A stretch of DNA of 64,000 nt from Vicinamibacterales bacterium (GTDB taxonomy: Bacteria > Acidobacteriota > Vicinamibacteria > Vicinamibacterales > UBA2999): positions 373,938 through 437,937 of the forward strand of contig JBFWVR010000002.1 of NCBI GenBank assembly GCA_050246635.1, in the 5' to 3' direction. The stretch's first letter is position 1. Every line of letters begins with the position of its first letter. Both the position numbers and the translations under genes were made by a program. Below, one piece after another: positions 33,290 to 41,759 of the stretch. The notes beneath the pieces are model-generated. The model searched no databases, was not told the origin of the DNA, and was given only the letters and a program-made list of their open reading frames with translations.

Positions 33290-34758
33290 CGCGCGACCCC
33301 TTCCCCATCGAGCGTCAGGCCCGGCACGAGCGCCGTCACGGCGGGCGTCGCGGCGCCGGCGTGTGGCAGCGCGGCCCGTTCGATCACGTCGGCGACGATC
33401 CCGGCCGCCGGTGTCGTGTCGCCGCACGGGCGGATGAACCAGCGCACGAAGTCACGCCGGCCCTCGCGACGCTCGTCTGCACCGTCGAGGATGCGCGCCA
33501 CCCGGCGGGCGACCTCCCCCGCATCGGCCGACACCTCGAGGAACCCGCCCTGCAGCAGGTGCCGGAAGTGCCCGGTCCGTCCCTGCGCTCCGTGGAACTC
33601 ATCGGCCACGATCGTCAGGCATGGCCGGTCCGCCACGACCGCCTCGAGGAACGCCGTCGTGTTGAGGCCGAAGACGGCGGCCGACTGGGCGAGCTGGTCG
33701 AAGTACTCCTGCCAGGCGGCCGGGGTGTCGGCCTGGTCGCCCTGCCGTGGGTGCACGACGACCCCGGGTCGCGTGTACTCGGCGAAGGGGAACGGATTGG
33801 TCGGGTGTGGCCGCACGACGAGGGTCGGCGCCGCCCCGGCGGGGAACTGCCGCTCGAGGGCGTCGACGAGCCGGTTCACCAGGGGCACCTCGTCGGCGAA
33901 GATCGTGCGCGAGCTGCAGAGGAACACGAGGAACGGGCGGTCGTCGGGACAGCCCATGCGCGCGCACAGCTCCGCGCGCGAGGCGACCGGCCGCATCCCG
34001 AAGAAGTGATCGAGATGGGGGGCGCCGGTGATGCGAATCGTCCCGGGTGGCACGTCGTGCAGGTCGACGGCCTCGCGGGCCAGCGCCTCGTTCCACACGA
34101 TGTAGGTCTCCGGCAGGACGTGGATCGTGCCCTTGCTGGTCAGGTTGTCCCAGCTGTTCAAGTAGCCGATGGTCGGCAGGCCGAGCGCCCGCGCCGCGCG
34201 GATATAGTCCGCCTCGACCGGGGACTTCGGCCAGATTGTCGGCGAGGCCACGACGACGTCGGGGGCCACCTCGCGGAGTAACGCCGTCACCGAGGGGCTG
34301 GGGGCGCTGGCCGCCTCGATCCAGCGCCACGCCCGCAGGCCGGCGGGCCGGCGCAGGACGGCCTTCCAGGCGGGGGCGTGGACACGCGCCCGCCAGGCCT
34401 CCGGCAGCTCCTTTTCGATGCCATCGACGGTGCGCTCCGGAGCCGGATGGTCCGCGCGGAAGTAGGTGGCCCGGTTCATCACGAGGCGGCCGGTCAGCAG
34501 CGCGCGCTGCCACGGCTCGTCCGGCTCGGGGCGGTAGCCGGTGGTGACGCCGGGGATCTCGGACTGGGCGACCTGGAGGCCCCGCGTCATCATCGCGATC
34601 TTCTGGGCCTTGCGCTCGTTCAGGTCCTTGAGCCGGGGGTCGTCGAGACGGGTGCCATGAAGGAAGACGACGTCATGGCCCCGCGCGGCCAGCTCGCGCA
34701 TGACCGTGTCGAGATTGCGGAAGAAGTTGACGTGCTGGACGATGAAGAGCGTCTTCAT
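33286..34758 (-). CDS. paralog family copy P7 (subfamily 2, single domain)
   Basis: Part of ORF 33286..34794. Start placed at ATG 34758 (MKTLFIVQHVNFFRNLDTV…) by homology with P8/P9; ATG 34794 is an alternative. Motifs: NSWDNLTSKG, VWNEALAREAVDLHDVP, LVVRPHPTN, VFGLNTTAFLEAVVADRPC, GAQGRTGHFRHLL. Confidence 0.85.
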   Translation of the reverse strand: MKTLFIVQHVNFFRNLDTVMRELAARGHDVVFLHGTRLDDPRLKDLNERKAQKIAMMTRGLQVAQSEIPGVTTGYRPEPDEPWQRALLTGRLVMNRATYFRADHPAPERTVDGIEKELPEAWRARVHAPAWKAVLRRPAGLRAWRWIEAASAPSPSVTALLREVAPDVVVASPTIWPKSPVEADYIRAARALGLPTIGYLNSWDNLTSKGTIHVLPETYIVWNEALAREAVDLHDVPPGTIRITGAPHLDHFFGMRPVASRAELCARMGCPDDRPFLVFLCSSRTIFADEVPLVNRLVDALERQFPAGAAPTLVVRPHPTNPFPFAEYTRPGVVVHPRQGDQADTPAAWQEYFDQLAQSAAVFGLNTTAFLEAVVADRPCLTIVADEFHGAQGRTGHFRHLLQGGFLEVSADAGEVARRVARILDGADERREGRRDFVRWFIRPCGDTTPAAGIVADVIERAALPHAGAATPAVTALVPGLTLDGEGVAR

Positions 34759-34862
34759 CTGGTCGCGTACAGGCGTCCGCCCTCTCAGTCCCATCGGGGC
34801 TGCGGCGGGTCATGGCGGGCTGGGTGTGGCCAGGCGGCAGGCCGCCGCGGGGCGGCGACCCT

Positions 34863-34877
34863 GTTCAAAATTTGAAC
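34863..34877. promoter_or_regulatory. AT-rich perfect inverted repeat GTTCAAA-a-TTTGAAC (candidate operator)
   Basis: Read directly at 34863-34877 in the divergent intergenic region, which is the most AT-rich spot I noticed. It lies immediately downstream of the candidate minus-strand promoter. Confidence 0.4.
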
Positions 34878-34882
34878 GACGT

Positions 34883-34911
34883 ATTGTCGTCCGCTCCCCG
34901 CCAATTGTCAA
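34883..34911 (-). promoter_or_regulatory. candidate sigma70-like promoter for the 34758-to-1 operon (TTGACA-17 nt-GACAAT)
   Basis: The minus strand reads GCATTGACAATTGGCGGGGAGCGGACGACAATACGTCGTTCAAATTTTGAAC. -35 TTGACA maps to plus 34906-34911, the spacer is 17 nt, and -10 GACAAT maps to plus 34883-34888. Confidence 0.35.
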
Positions 34912-34954
34912 TGCGGGCAATTCCGGGCCGCCCCCCTTGAATCCCCCCGTCCGC

Positions 34955-35707
34955 GTGCACGATCATGCCTCCGTGATCCCGACGATCGATCGGCTGGCCC
35001 CAGCCGCCAGCCGTGCCGCCGCCGCGAGCGCCCTGGCCGCCGCGGGGCGGGCCCCCGCCTACCCCCTCGAGTTCCGTTCGCAGTTCGGCGAGGACGCCCT
35101 CATCTGGACGCTGACCGGCGGCCAGCTCGAGGGCTTCTTCATCGAGGCCGGCGCCTTCGACGGGTATCGGTATGCCGCCACCTACGCCCTCGAGTGCCTC
35201 GGCTGGACCGGCCTGCTCGTCGAGGCCATCCCCGAGCGCGCCGAGGAGTGCCGGGTGCGCCGCCCACGATCCCGCGTCGTCCATGCCGCGCTCGGCGAGA
35301 TCGCCGGTGGCGAGACCACCTTCACGGTCACCGAGGACCCCTACGGCGGCCTGCTCTCCTACGTCGACCCGAAGGCGGTCGGCAAGAAGAGCGTCACCGC
35401 GATGAAGAGCCGCGCGGTGACCGTCCCCACGACGACGCTCGACGCGCTCCTCGAAGGACACCAGGGCGAGATCGACGCGGCCGTGCTCGACGTCGAAGGC
35501 GTCGAGATCCCCCTGCTTCGCGGATTCGACCTCACGCGGTTCCGGCCGAAGCTGCTCGTCATCGAGGACAACAGCCGCGGCGCCGACCCCGCGTTGGCCG
35601 ACTACATGGCCGGCCATCCCTACGTGCAGATCGCCTGGCTCAAGGTCAACCGCGTGTACGTGCGTGAGGACCTGGCGGAGGCCTATGCGGCCAGGCTGCC
35701 CCGATGA
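34955..35707 (+). CDS. FkbM-family methyltransferase
   Basis: C-terminal part of ORF 34700..35707. The in-frame GTG at 34955 (or 34973) is the probable start. Contains FGEDALIWTLTG…GFFIEAGAFDGYRYAATYALE…GWTGLLVEAIPER and AAVLDVEGVEIPLLRGFD. Confidence 0.7.
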   Translation: MHDHASVIPTIDRLAPAASRAAAASALAAAGRAPAYPLEFRSQFGEDALIWTLTGGQLEGFFIEAGAFDGYRYAATYALECLGWTGLLVEAIPERAEECRVRRPRSRVVHAALGEIAGGETTFTVTEDPYGGLLSYVDPKAVGKKSVTAMKSRAVTVPTTTLDALLEGHQGEIDAAVLDVEGVEIPLLRGFDLTRFRPKLLVIEDNSRGADPALADYMAGHPYVQIAWLKVNRVYVREDLAEAYAARLPR

Positions 35708-37029
35708 GCGGCGGCGATCCGGTCGAGCGGCTCCTCGCGTCGGCCGGTGCACTGCGTCGCGAAATTGCTGAGGCCCGCGCGCAGGTGTCGCGTCTCGGCG
35801 AGTCACTCGACGCCGCCCGGGCCGCCAACCGGCAGCAGGTCAAGACGTGGCGCCGCGACACCACGAGACGCGTCCGCGAGCTCGCGGGCACCACGCCGAC
35901 CATCGCCGCCGGCGTCGTCGAGATCACCGGGAGCCCGCCCCGGCGCGCCGCCGTCCGCACCCTGACAGCGGGGACGCCCGTCGCGATTCCCCTGGCGCAG
36001 TGGACGGGCATCACGCGGGTGGCCGATGCCGCACTGGATGTGCGCGCCGACTGGAACCAGTTGCTGGCCTCGGAAGCCGCGGCTTCGCAGGGACTCCTGC
36101 ACTCCGCCCCCGCGCGGGTTCTCGATCTCGGGCCGGCCGCCCTCTGGCGGGACGGCACGGGCATGCGGGCGGCGCTGCTCGAATCCACCCCGGCGGCCCC
36201 GGACATCGCGGTGCTGGCGGTGCCGCGGTTCACCTGCAACGTCTTCCCGCGCAAGCTCCGCAACTTCGGCCACTGGCTGCTCGACTACCTGCCGCAGGTC
36301 GTCGCCCTCCGCCACCTCGCCCCCGGCGCCATCGTCCTGCTGCCGCCCGGTCTCGGTGGTTTTCACGCCGCAACGCTGGCGCTGACCGGCGTGGGCGACG
36401 GAGAGGGCCGGCCCTGGGAGGGTGAACGCCTCACGGCGGGGCGGCTGCTGCTGCTGGATCACGATGGACGCCTCGGCGGTGGCCGTCCCCTCTCGCTGCT
36501 CCGCGAGATGCAGACCGCACTGGGCGCTCCCCCGCAGCCGCCGGCTCCCGGGGAGCGGCTGTACGTCTCCCGCCGCGACGCCCGCAAGTCGCGACGGTGG
36601 ATCACCAACGAGAAAGCCGTCGAGGGCGTGTTCGCGCGCCACGGGTTCCGCATCCTGCGTTTGTCCCTCTGCCCGCTGCCCGAGCAGGTCCGGTTGTTCC
36701 GGGACGCGCGGGTCGTGGCGGGCGTGAGCGGGGCCGGCCTCTCGGACATGGTCTTCGCGCCGGCCGGCGCCCACCTGATCGTCCTGCACAGCGATGGCCT
36801 CATGCGCTGGTACACGGAAGCGGATCGGTCGCGCTCGCACTGGACCGACGCCGCGGCCGCCCGGGACGGGGAACTCGCCACGCTCGGCGACTCGCCGCGC
36901 TTCTACGCCCACATGGCGGCCGCGCTCTCCCAGTCCTGCCACTCGTTCCTTGGCGCGGACGAGGTGCCCCTGCACGAGCTCGAGGCATTCCTCACGGAGG
37001 TCCTCCCGGCGACCGCCGCACGCCCCTGA
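35704..37029 (+). CDS. GT61/DUF563-family glycosyltransferase
   Basis: 441-aa ORF. ATG 35704 is in an ATGA overlap with the previous stop. Contains the hallmark NFGHWLLDYLPQV and LYVSRRDARKSRRWITNEKAVEGVFARHGFRILRLSLCPLPEQVRLFRDARVVAGVSGAGLSDMVF. Confidence 0.8.
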   Translation: MSGGDPVERLLASAGALRREIAEARAQVSRLGESLDAARAANRQQVKTWRRDTTRRVRELAGTTPTIAAGVVEITGSPPRRAAVRTLTAGTPVAIPLAQWTGITRVADAALDVRADWNQLLASEAAASQGLLHSAPARVLDLGPAALWRDGTGMRAALLESTPAAPDIAVLAVPRFTCNVFPRKLRNFGHWLLDYLPQVVALRHLAPGAIVLLPPGLGGFHAATLALTGVGDGEGRPWEGERLTAGRLLLLDHDGRLGGGRPLSLLREMQTALGAPPQPPAPGERLYVSRRDARKSRRWITNEKAVEGVFARHGFRILRLSLCPLPEQVRLFRDARVVAGVSGAGLSDMVFAPAGAHLIVLHSDGLMRWYTEADRSRSHWTDAAAARDGELATLGDSPRFYAHMAAALSQSCHSFLGADEVPLHELEAFLTEVLPATAARP

Positions 37030-37066
37030 CACGCCAGTCGAGTCCTGCGCTGGCGGCCCCGGGCGC

Positions 37067-37072
37067 TACAAT
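37067..37072 (+). promoter_or_regulatory. candidate -10 element TACAAT upstream of 37099
   Basis: gggcgcTACAATggcg lies in the 69-nt gap between CDSs. It is followed by a GAGGA Shine-Dalgarno at 37087-37091 and GTG 37099. Confidence 0.3.
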
Positions 37073-37098
37073 GGCGCCTGCTCGAACGAGGACACCCC

Positions 37099-37929
37099 GT
37101 GGACGACCCCTCGCGGACGGACGACTCAGGCAAGGACGCACGCCGGGCGCAGAAGATGGCGGACAGGGCGGCGGCCCGCGCGCAGGCCGCCTCGGAGCGC
37201 ACGCGCCAGCGGCTGGAAGCCAAACTCGCCCTGCGGGCGGAGGAAGAAGCGCGGCGCGCCGCAGGCTACGGGTACTACCTGAGCGGGGCCGAGAAGAAGA
37301 TCGACGTGCGGACGCTGCGTCCCTTCGGCGAACTGGCGGCGCGCGTCATCGCCGAGGAGCAATCGACCATGGACGTCGACCGCTTCTACACGCTCTGGCA
37401 GGCCGTGGGCCTGGCGCCGCGGGGCTTCCCATTCGTCGAGGTCGGCGCCCACAAGGGCGCCTCGGCGCGCTTCATCGCACTGGCGATGGAGGAACACCAT
37501 CACGCGCAGCCGTTCTACGTCTGCGACACCTTCGCGGGCCATCCGCGCGCCGATCCGATCCTCGACCCGGTCCACTACGGATCGGAGAAGTTCACCGACA
37601 CCTCGCCCGCCGCGGTCTCGGCCTATCTCAGCCCGCATGCCAACGTCCGGCTGGTCGTGGGGGACTTCATCGAGACGAGCGCGTCTTTGCCGGCTGAGGC
37701 GCGCTTCGGCCTGGTGCACGTCGATGTCGACGTGCACCCGGCTACCGCGTTCTGCCTCGACTTCTTCTCGTCGCGACTGGCGCCCGGCGGCTGGATCGTC
37801 GTGGACGACTACGGCTTCCTGACGTGCCCCGGCGCGAGGCGCGCCGTGGACGACTTCGTCGCCACCCACCCGGCCTTCCGCATGCTTCACCTGCTGACGG
37901 GACAATGCCTGCTGGTGCGTCCGTCGTGA
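37099..37929 (+). CDS. TylF/MycF-like O-methyltransferase with charged N-terminal extension (paralog of 10189..10947)
   Basis: 276-aa ORF with a GTG start preceded by GAGGA. Contains FVEVGAHKGASARF…FYVCDTFAGHP…LVHVDVDVHPATAFCLDFFSSRLAPGGWIVVDDY. N-terminal ~60 aa are R/A/E-rich. Confidence 0.8.
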   Translation: MDDPSRTDDSGKDARRAQKMADRAAARAQAASERTRQRLEAKLALRAEEEARRAAGYGYYLSGAEKKIDVRTLRPFGELAARVIAEEQSTMDVDRFYTLWQAVGLAPRGFPFVEVGAHKGASARFIALAMEEHHHAQPFYVCDTFAGHPRADPILDPVHYGSEKFTDTSPAAVSAYLSPHANVRLVVGDFIETSASLPAEARFGLVHVDVDVHPATAFCLDFFSSRLAPGGWIVVDDYGFLTCPGARRAVDDFVATHPAFRMLHLLTGQCLLVRPS

Positions 37930-37942
37930 TCAGGGAGGCGGC

Positions 37943-38656
37943 ATGAGCCCCGCGTGGCCCTGGCGACGCGCAGGGCGGGATGATCGCGGCGTCGAGGCGC
38001 TGGCCGCCGAGCAGGCGGCGCTCGGCCGTGAGCTTCGCGAGCTCACCGCCGGCATCGACCGGCTGGCGCGCGTGGCTGACGGCGTGCGACTGCAGACCGA
38101 GCGCCTCGCCGCCGTACAGGCGGAGGAGCTATCGGCCGCTGCGGCGCTCGAACCGCTCGCACCGCTCTTCGCGCTGGACCGCATCGCGGTCCACGTGCGG
38201 GAGGCGGTCGCCAGCAGCGCGGACCACGCGGGCTCCCTGGAGGTGCCGGCGCTGTTTCCGCCGGAGACCGCCATCGCCCTGGCCGCGGCGGTGCCGCCGG
38301 CCCTGTTCTTCGACGAGGGGCCGGCCGGCGGTCGTCGAATCGACCTCCCGCTCCGCCTGGCGCCCCTTGCCTCGATGGTGGCGTGGGAGTTCGTGCTCGA
38401 GCAGGTCGTCACGCCGATTCTCGTGCCGGTGCTCCTGCAGCGCCTCGCCGTGCCAGCGGAGGTGGATCTCATGGACGCGCACCTCCTGCTCGCGGATCCG
38501 GACACGCCGACGGCGCGCGCGGACCACGACGGGGCCGGCTGGACCGTCGACATCGAACTCGTCGCGGACGGCTGCAGGCTCACCGCCCGCCAAGGTGGTC
38601 GCGCAGCGGCGCCGGTCTCTGGCCCGGTCCTCACCTTCCGGCTGGCGCCGCGCTGA
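37943..38656 (+). CDS. hypothetical protein (coiled-coil-like N-terminus)
   Basis: 237-aa ORF preceded by GGGAGG (37933-37938). Its composition is protein-like, unlike the S/R/A-rich antisense ORF 37930..38634. I recognise no motif. Confidence 0.55.
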   Translation: MSPAWPWRRAGRDDRGVEALAAEQAALGRELRELTAGIDRLARVADGVRLQTERLAAVQAEELSAAAALEPLAPLFALDRIAVHVREAVASSADHAGSLEVPALFPPETAIALAAAVPPALFFDEGPAGGRRIDLPLRLAPLASMVAWEFVLEQVVTPILVPVLLQRLAVPAEVDLMDAHLLLADPDTPTARADHDGAGWTVDIELVADGCRLTARQGGRAAAPVSGPVLTFRLAPR

Positions 38657-38663
38657 ACGCGGA

Positions 38664-41600
38664 TCAGCGGGCGCGAAGGCCGCGCCGCAGCACGCCGAGG
38701 TTGTAGCGCACACGGCGTCCCGCGCGGCGCACCATTGCCGGCGCGCGCCCGATGGCGTGCCCGATCGCGCGCCCCTGGTTACCCAGCCGCCGCGACAGTC
38801 GGCGGGCCACGCGCTGGGCCCCCTTCCCCGCGCCCCTGAAGATCTGGTGCCGCGCGAGCGCCACGGCACCAAGGCCGAGCACCGTCGCGCCGAGCATGGG
38901 CAGCCGCAGCAGGGCCACCGCGGCACGCGGTGGGGGCAGGGTCTCGGCGCGTGCCGCCGCCTCGATGCAGCGGGCGCTCGCAAGCGTCGGCCCCTCCCCC
39001 GCGACCAGGAAACGCGCCGCGGCCCACTTGTGTATCCGGCGATCCTCGGGCGAGCGCCGCCGCCCCAGCGCCTCACGCGTCTGCCGCACGAGTTCCGCCA
39101 CGTCCTGGGCGCTGGCAGCCGGGCCGCCGCCCAGACTCGAAAACGCGTCGATGGGCCGCGTGCCGGGATGGTCACGCGACGAGTCCGACGCGACGAACAC
39201 GATGCAGTGCGTGCCCGTCAACTGGGCCAGCGCCAGCGCGAGCGGATTCGCCCCGATCACGACAGCCGCGGCGGCGATCGTCTCGCGCAGCAGGACCAGG
39301 TCGAGCGCGCCGGACCGGTCGTAGTCGCGCGGCATCAGCACGACGTCGCCGAGGTTCGAGAAATCGGCCGCCTGCCACGGCTTCGTCTTGCCGGGCGCCG
39401 GGCGCACGACCACGGTCAGATCCCGCAACGCGGGCAGCTTCGAGCCACGCAGCGCCGCAAGGTACTCGCGCAGCAGCAACGGTTCGAGCGCGGGTTCGGC
39501 CGAGAGGCCAGGAGACCCGGCGAAGAACGCGAACGGGCGCCCGGCTTCGAGTCCGAGGAACTCCCGGAACTCCTCGGTGGACAGCAGGTCCGCCCCGGCC
39601 CCGGACGCATAGTCCGCGAGGATGGCGCCGGTCCGGTGAACGCGCGAGCGTGACGAGACACGGAGGCTCTCCGCCTCGCTGGCGGTGGCGGGGTTCCACA
39701 CCAGCCAGTCCTCGGGCTGCGCGAGCACCACCGCTGGGTTGACGCCGGCGTCCAGCAGATCGGCGCTGGCCACCGTGGGGATGCCGGCTGCGCGGGCCGC
39801 CTGCATGAGCGCGACCTGCTCCAGCCCGGAGTCGACGGCGGTAGGCAGGTCCAGGGCCGGGAGGACCACGACGACGTCCGGCCGCTCCCGGCGGATCAGC
39901 GCCCGTGCCGGGGCCGAGACGGGGACCGCCGAGGCCATTGCGGCAACCAGTCGGGCCAGGCGTCGCCGGACCCAGGCGGGGCTCCCGTAGAAGCGGTCGA
40001 TCCAGCGCAGGCCCGGTGGCAGCAGCGTGCGCTGCACGCGGGTGCGCCAACGGGCCTCCCGCGGCCCGAGCCGCGGATCCAGGAATCGCATGGCGGCCGC
40101 CGCACCGAGCAGGGCGCCGGCGGCCTCCGCCCACATGCCGGTGCGCCGCGGGACGACACCCGCCGTGCCGGCATCGACGAAGTCGCCGGCACGGTCGAAG
40201 GCCTCGAGGGGCTGCTCGCGCCCGGCCGTGAAGACCACGACGACGTTGTGCCGTTCCTTCTGCAGCACACGCACGAGCGGGGCGTAGGCTTCCAGCTGGC
40301 CACCGGACGGCGCCGCCACGAGCACGTTCAGTGACTGCGCGCGGCCGCGGCGCGCACCCGCGGCGGCGCCCGACAGCCTCGCTGCGGCGGCCAGCACCTG
40401 GAGGAGCAGGCGCCGGGCCGGGCCCGGGACCGGCCGGGGCTCGGGAGCGTGCGCGGCCTCGACGAGATCGCCAAGCACCGTGCGCACGATCACGCGAGCG
40501 GGCACAAGACGGGGACCGTGCGGCCTGGCCCAGGCCGATGCCGCGGCGCGCGTCCGGTCCAGCTCCCCGTCGCGGTTCTCGGCGATGGCGGCCAGGCGTT
40601 CGACATGCGCCTCCCACGACCTGGTCATGGCGGGCCATGCGGCCGTCGCGGCGCACCGCACGAACGTCTCGAGGCGCTCACCGGCCTCCGGGAGATCCGG
40701 CAGCACCAGCGCGACGACCGGCATGCCACGCCACGCCGCCTCGGTCATCAGGCGCGGGTCGAGCGCCACGAGGATGGTGGCCCCGTCGAGCACGGTGGCC
40801 ACGTGCCGTGCCGTGTCGTCGCCCACACGGCGGGCGACCACCTCGACGCCGGCATGCCGGTCGGGCACACCGCGCCAGGCCTCGACGTCACCTGGCGACG
40901 CCGACACGACGACCCGCGCGCCGGCGAGCGCCGGGCTGCCGTGCGATCGCACGCGCCTGACCCAGTGCTCGAAAGCAGCCACCTCCCGATCCGGGTCGCC
41001 ATCCTCGGTGCCGGCGAACACGACCGTGGGCGCCTGTCCGGGCTCGGTCTTGACCGGTGCCGGCACCTCGTGCCCGCCGCCGATGCTGCCGACGACGAGC
41101 GTATGCCGCAGGCGGGAGCCCCAGGCCCGCATGAGGGCGCGTCGCTGGGCCGTGTTCCACAGGCAGATGCAGTCCGGCGCGTCGTGGAGGACGCCGCTTG
41201 CCGCGCCGTCGGCCCAGCTCGTGGCGACACCGAGCGTGGGGATCCCGAGGACACGCGCGGCCCGCACGAAGTCGGTCAGCCCTCCCCCAGGGGGCGAGAC
41301 GGGCGCCAGCAGGATCGCCTCGGGCCGGAGGTCCTCGAGCAGGCGCAACAGCACGGGCGGCACGGGAAGCTGGCGTTCGAGCGCCTCGGCGGCGGCGAGG
41401 GCGGCGAGGCGCGTCCGGTCGTGCCGGACGATGAAGGAGGCCGCCACCCACCGGGCCAGCCGCGGCGCCGTCTCGATCCGACCGGGGCGGCGGGCCGCGG
41501 GCGAGAGCAGGACGTCCACACACCCGCGCAGCGCGATGGAGAGGGCGCGGAAGGGGCCGGCCAGTCGCGGGACCCGGCCCAGGGTGAGGCTCTCGCACTC

Positions 41601-41756
41601 GTGCGCGAGCGTACGCAACTCGGGACTGGACCGCGGGTCCTGCGCCTCGACCAGGACGTGGACATCGTCGCCCTTTGCGGACGCGAGCCGGATGATGTTG
41701 GAGAGCGCCACGGCGGACTCACAGTCCGCCGCGAAGGCAAGGAGACGGCGCGCCAC
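38664..41756 (-). CDS. motif-degenerate tandem double-domain member of the paralog family (D2) with hydrophobic/basic C-terminus
   Basis: 1030-aa ORF with a GTG start 3 nt after the upstream stop. Family-like blocks are present (…FVRAARVLGIPTLGVATSWADGAASGVLHDAPDCICLWNTAQRRAL… and …RPDVVVVLPALDLPTAVDSGLEQVALMQAARAAGIPTVASADLLDAGV…) but RPHP is replaced by SASPGD/RPAPGK. C-terminus: LPMLGATVLGLGAVALA plus a basic tail. Confidence 0.7.
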   Translation of the reverse strand: MARRLLAFAADCESAVALSNIIRLASAKGDDVHVLVEAQDPRSSPELRTLAHECESLTLGRVPRLAGPFRALSIALRGCVDVLLSPAARRPGRIETAPRLARWVAASFIVRHDRTRLAALAAAEALERQLPVPPVLLRLLEDLRPEAILLAPVSPPGGGLTDFVRAARVLGIPTLGVATSWADGAASGVLHDAPDCICLWNTAQRRALMRAWGSRLRHTLVVGSIGGGHEVPAPVKTEPGQAPTVVFAGTEDGDPDREVAAFEHWVRRVRSHGSPALAGARVVVSASPGDVEAWRGVPDRHAGVEVVARRVGDDTARHVATVLDGATILVALDPRLMTEAAWRGMPVVALVLPDLPEAGERLETFVRCAATAAWPAMTRSWEAHVERLAAIAENRDGELDRTRAAASAWARPHGPRLVPARVIVRTVLGDLVEAAHAPEPRPVPGPARRLLLQVLAAAARLSGAAAGARRGRAQSLNVLVAAPSGGQLEAYAPLVRVLQKERHNVVVVFTAGREQPLEAFDRAGDFVDAGTAGVVPRRTGMWAEAAGALLGAAAAMRFLDPRLGPREARWRTRVQRTLLPPGLRWIDRFYGSPAWVRRRLARLVAAMASAVPVSAPARALIRRERPDVVVVLPALDLPTAVDSGLEQVALMQAARAAGIPTVASADLLDAGVNPAVVLAQPEDWLVWNPATASEAESLRVSSRSRVHRTGAILADYASGAGADLLSTEEFREFLGLEAGRPFAFFAGSPGLSAEPALEPLLLREYLAALRGSKLPALRDLTVVVRPAPGKTKPWQAADFSNLGDVVLMPRDYDRSGALDLVLLRETIAAAAVVIGANPLALALAQLTGTHCIVFVASDSSRDHPGTRPIDAFSSLGGGPAASAQDVAELVRQTREALGRRRSPEDRRIHKWAAARFLVAGEGPTLASARCIEAAARAETLPPPRAAVALLRLPMLGATVLGLGAVALARHQIFRGAGKGAQRVARRLSRRLGNQGRAIGHAIGRAPAMVRRAGRRVRYNLGVLRRGLRAR

Positions 41757-41759
41757 GGG

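Larger units (their letters stand above)
32027..34758 (-). repeat. two-gene cassette (subfamily-2 GT-B-like gene plus GT2 gene), copy A of a segmental duplication
   Basis: Colinear with 42482..45213 at the protein level. The relationship is still visible in DNA at the gene junction: 33251-33289 cttgcagggaatggcaatgctgaagaacgggcggctcac versus 43691-43729 cttcgtcgggatggcaatcgtgaagaacggcgcgctcat. Confidence 0.6.

Noticed and set aside
37930-38634. 234-aa minus-strand ORF overlapping the hypothetical gene 37943-38656
   Set aside because: Its translation is S/R/A/T-rich low complexity. The plus-strand frame has a GGGAGG SD, balanced composition and the same orientation as its operon.
38657-38663. 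Intrinsic terminator at the convergent junction of 37943-38656 and 38664-41756
   Set aside because: The gap is only 7 nt, with no stem-loop or T-tract. Nothing supports a terminator call.
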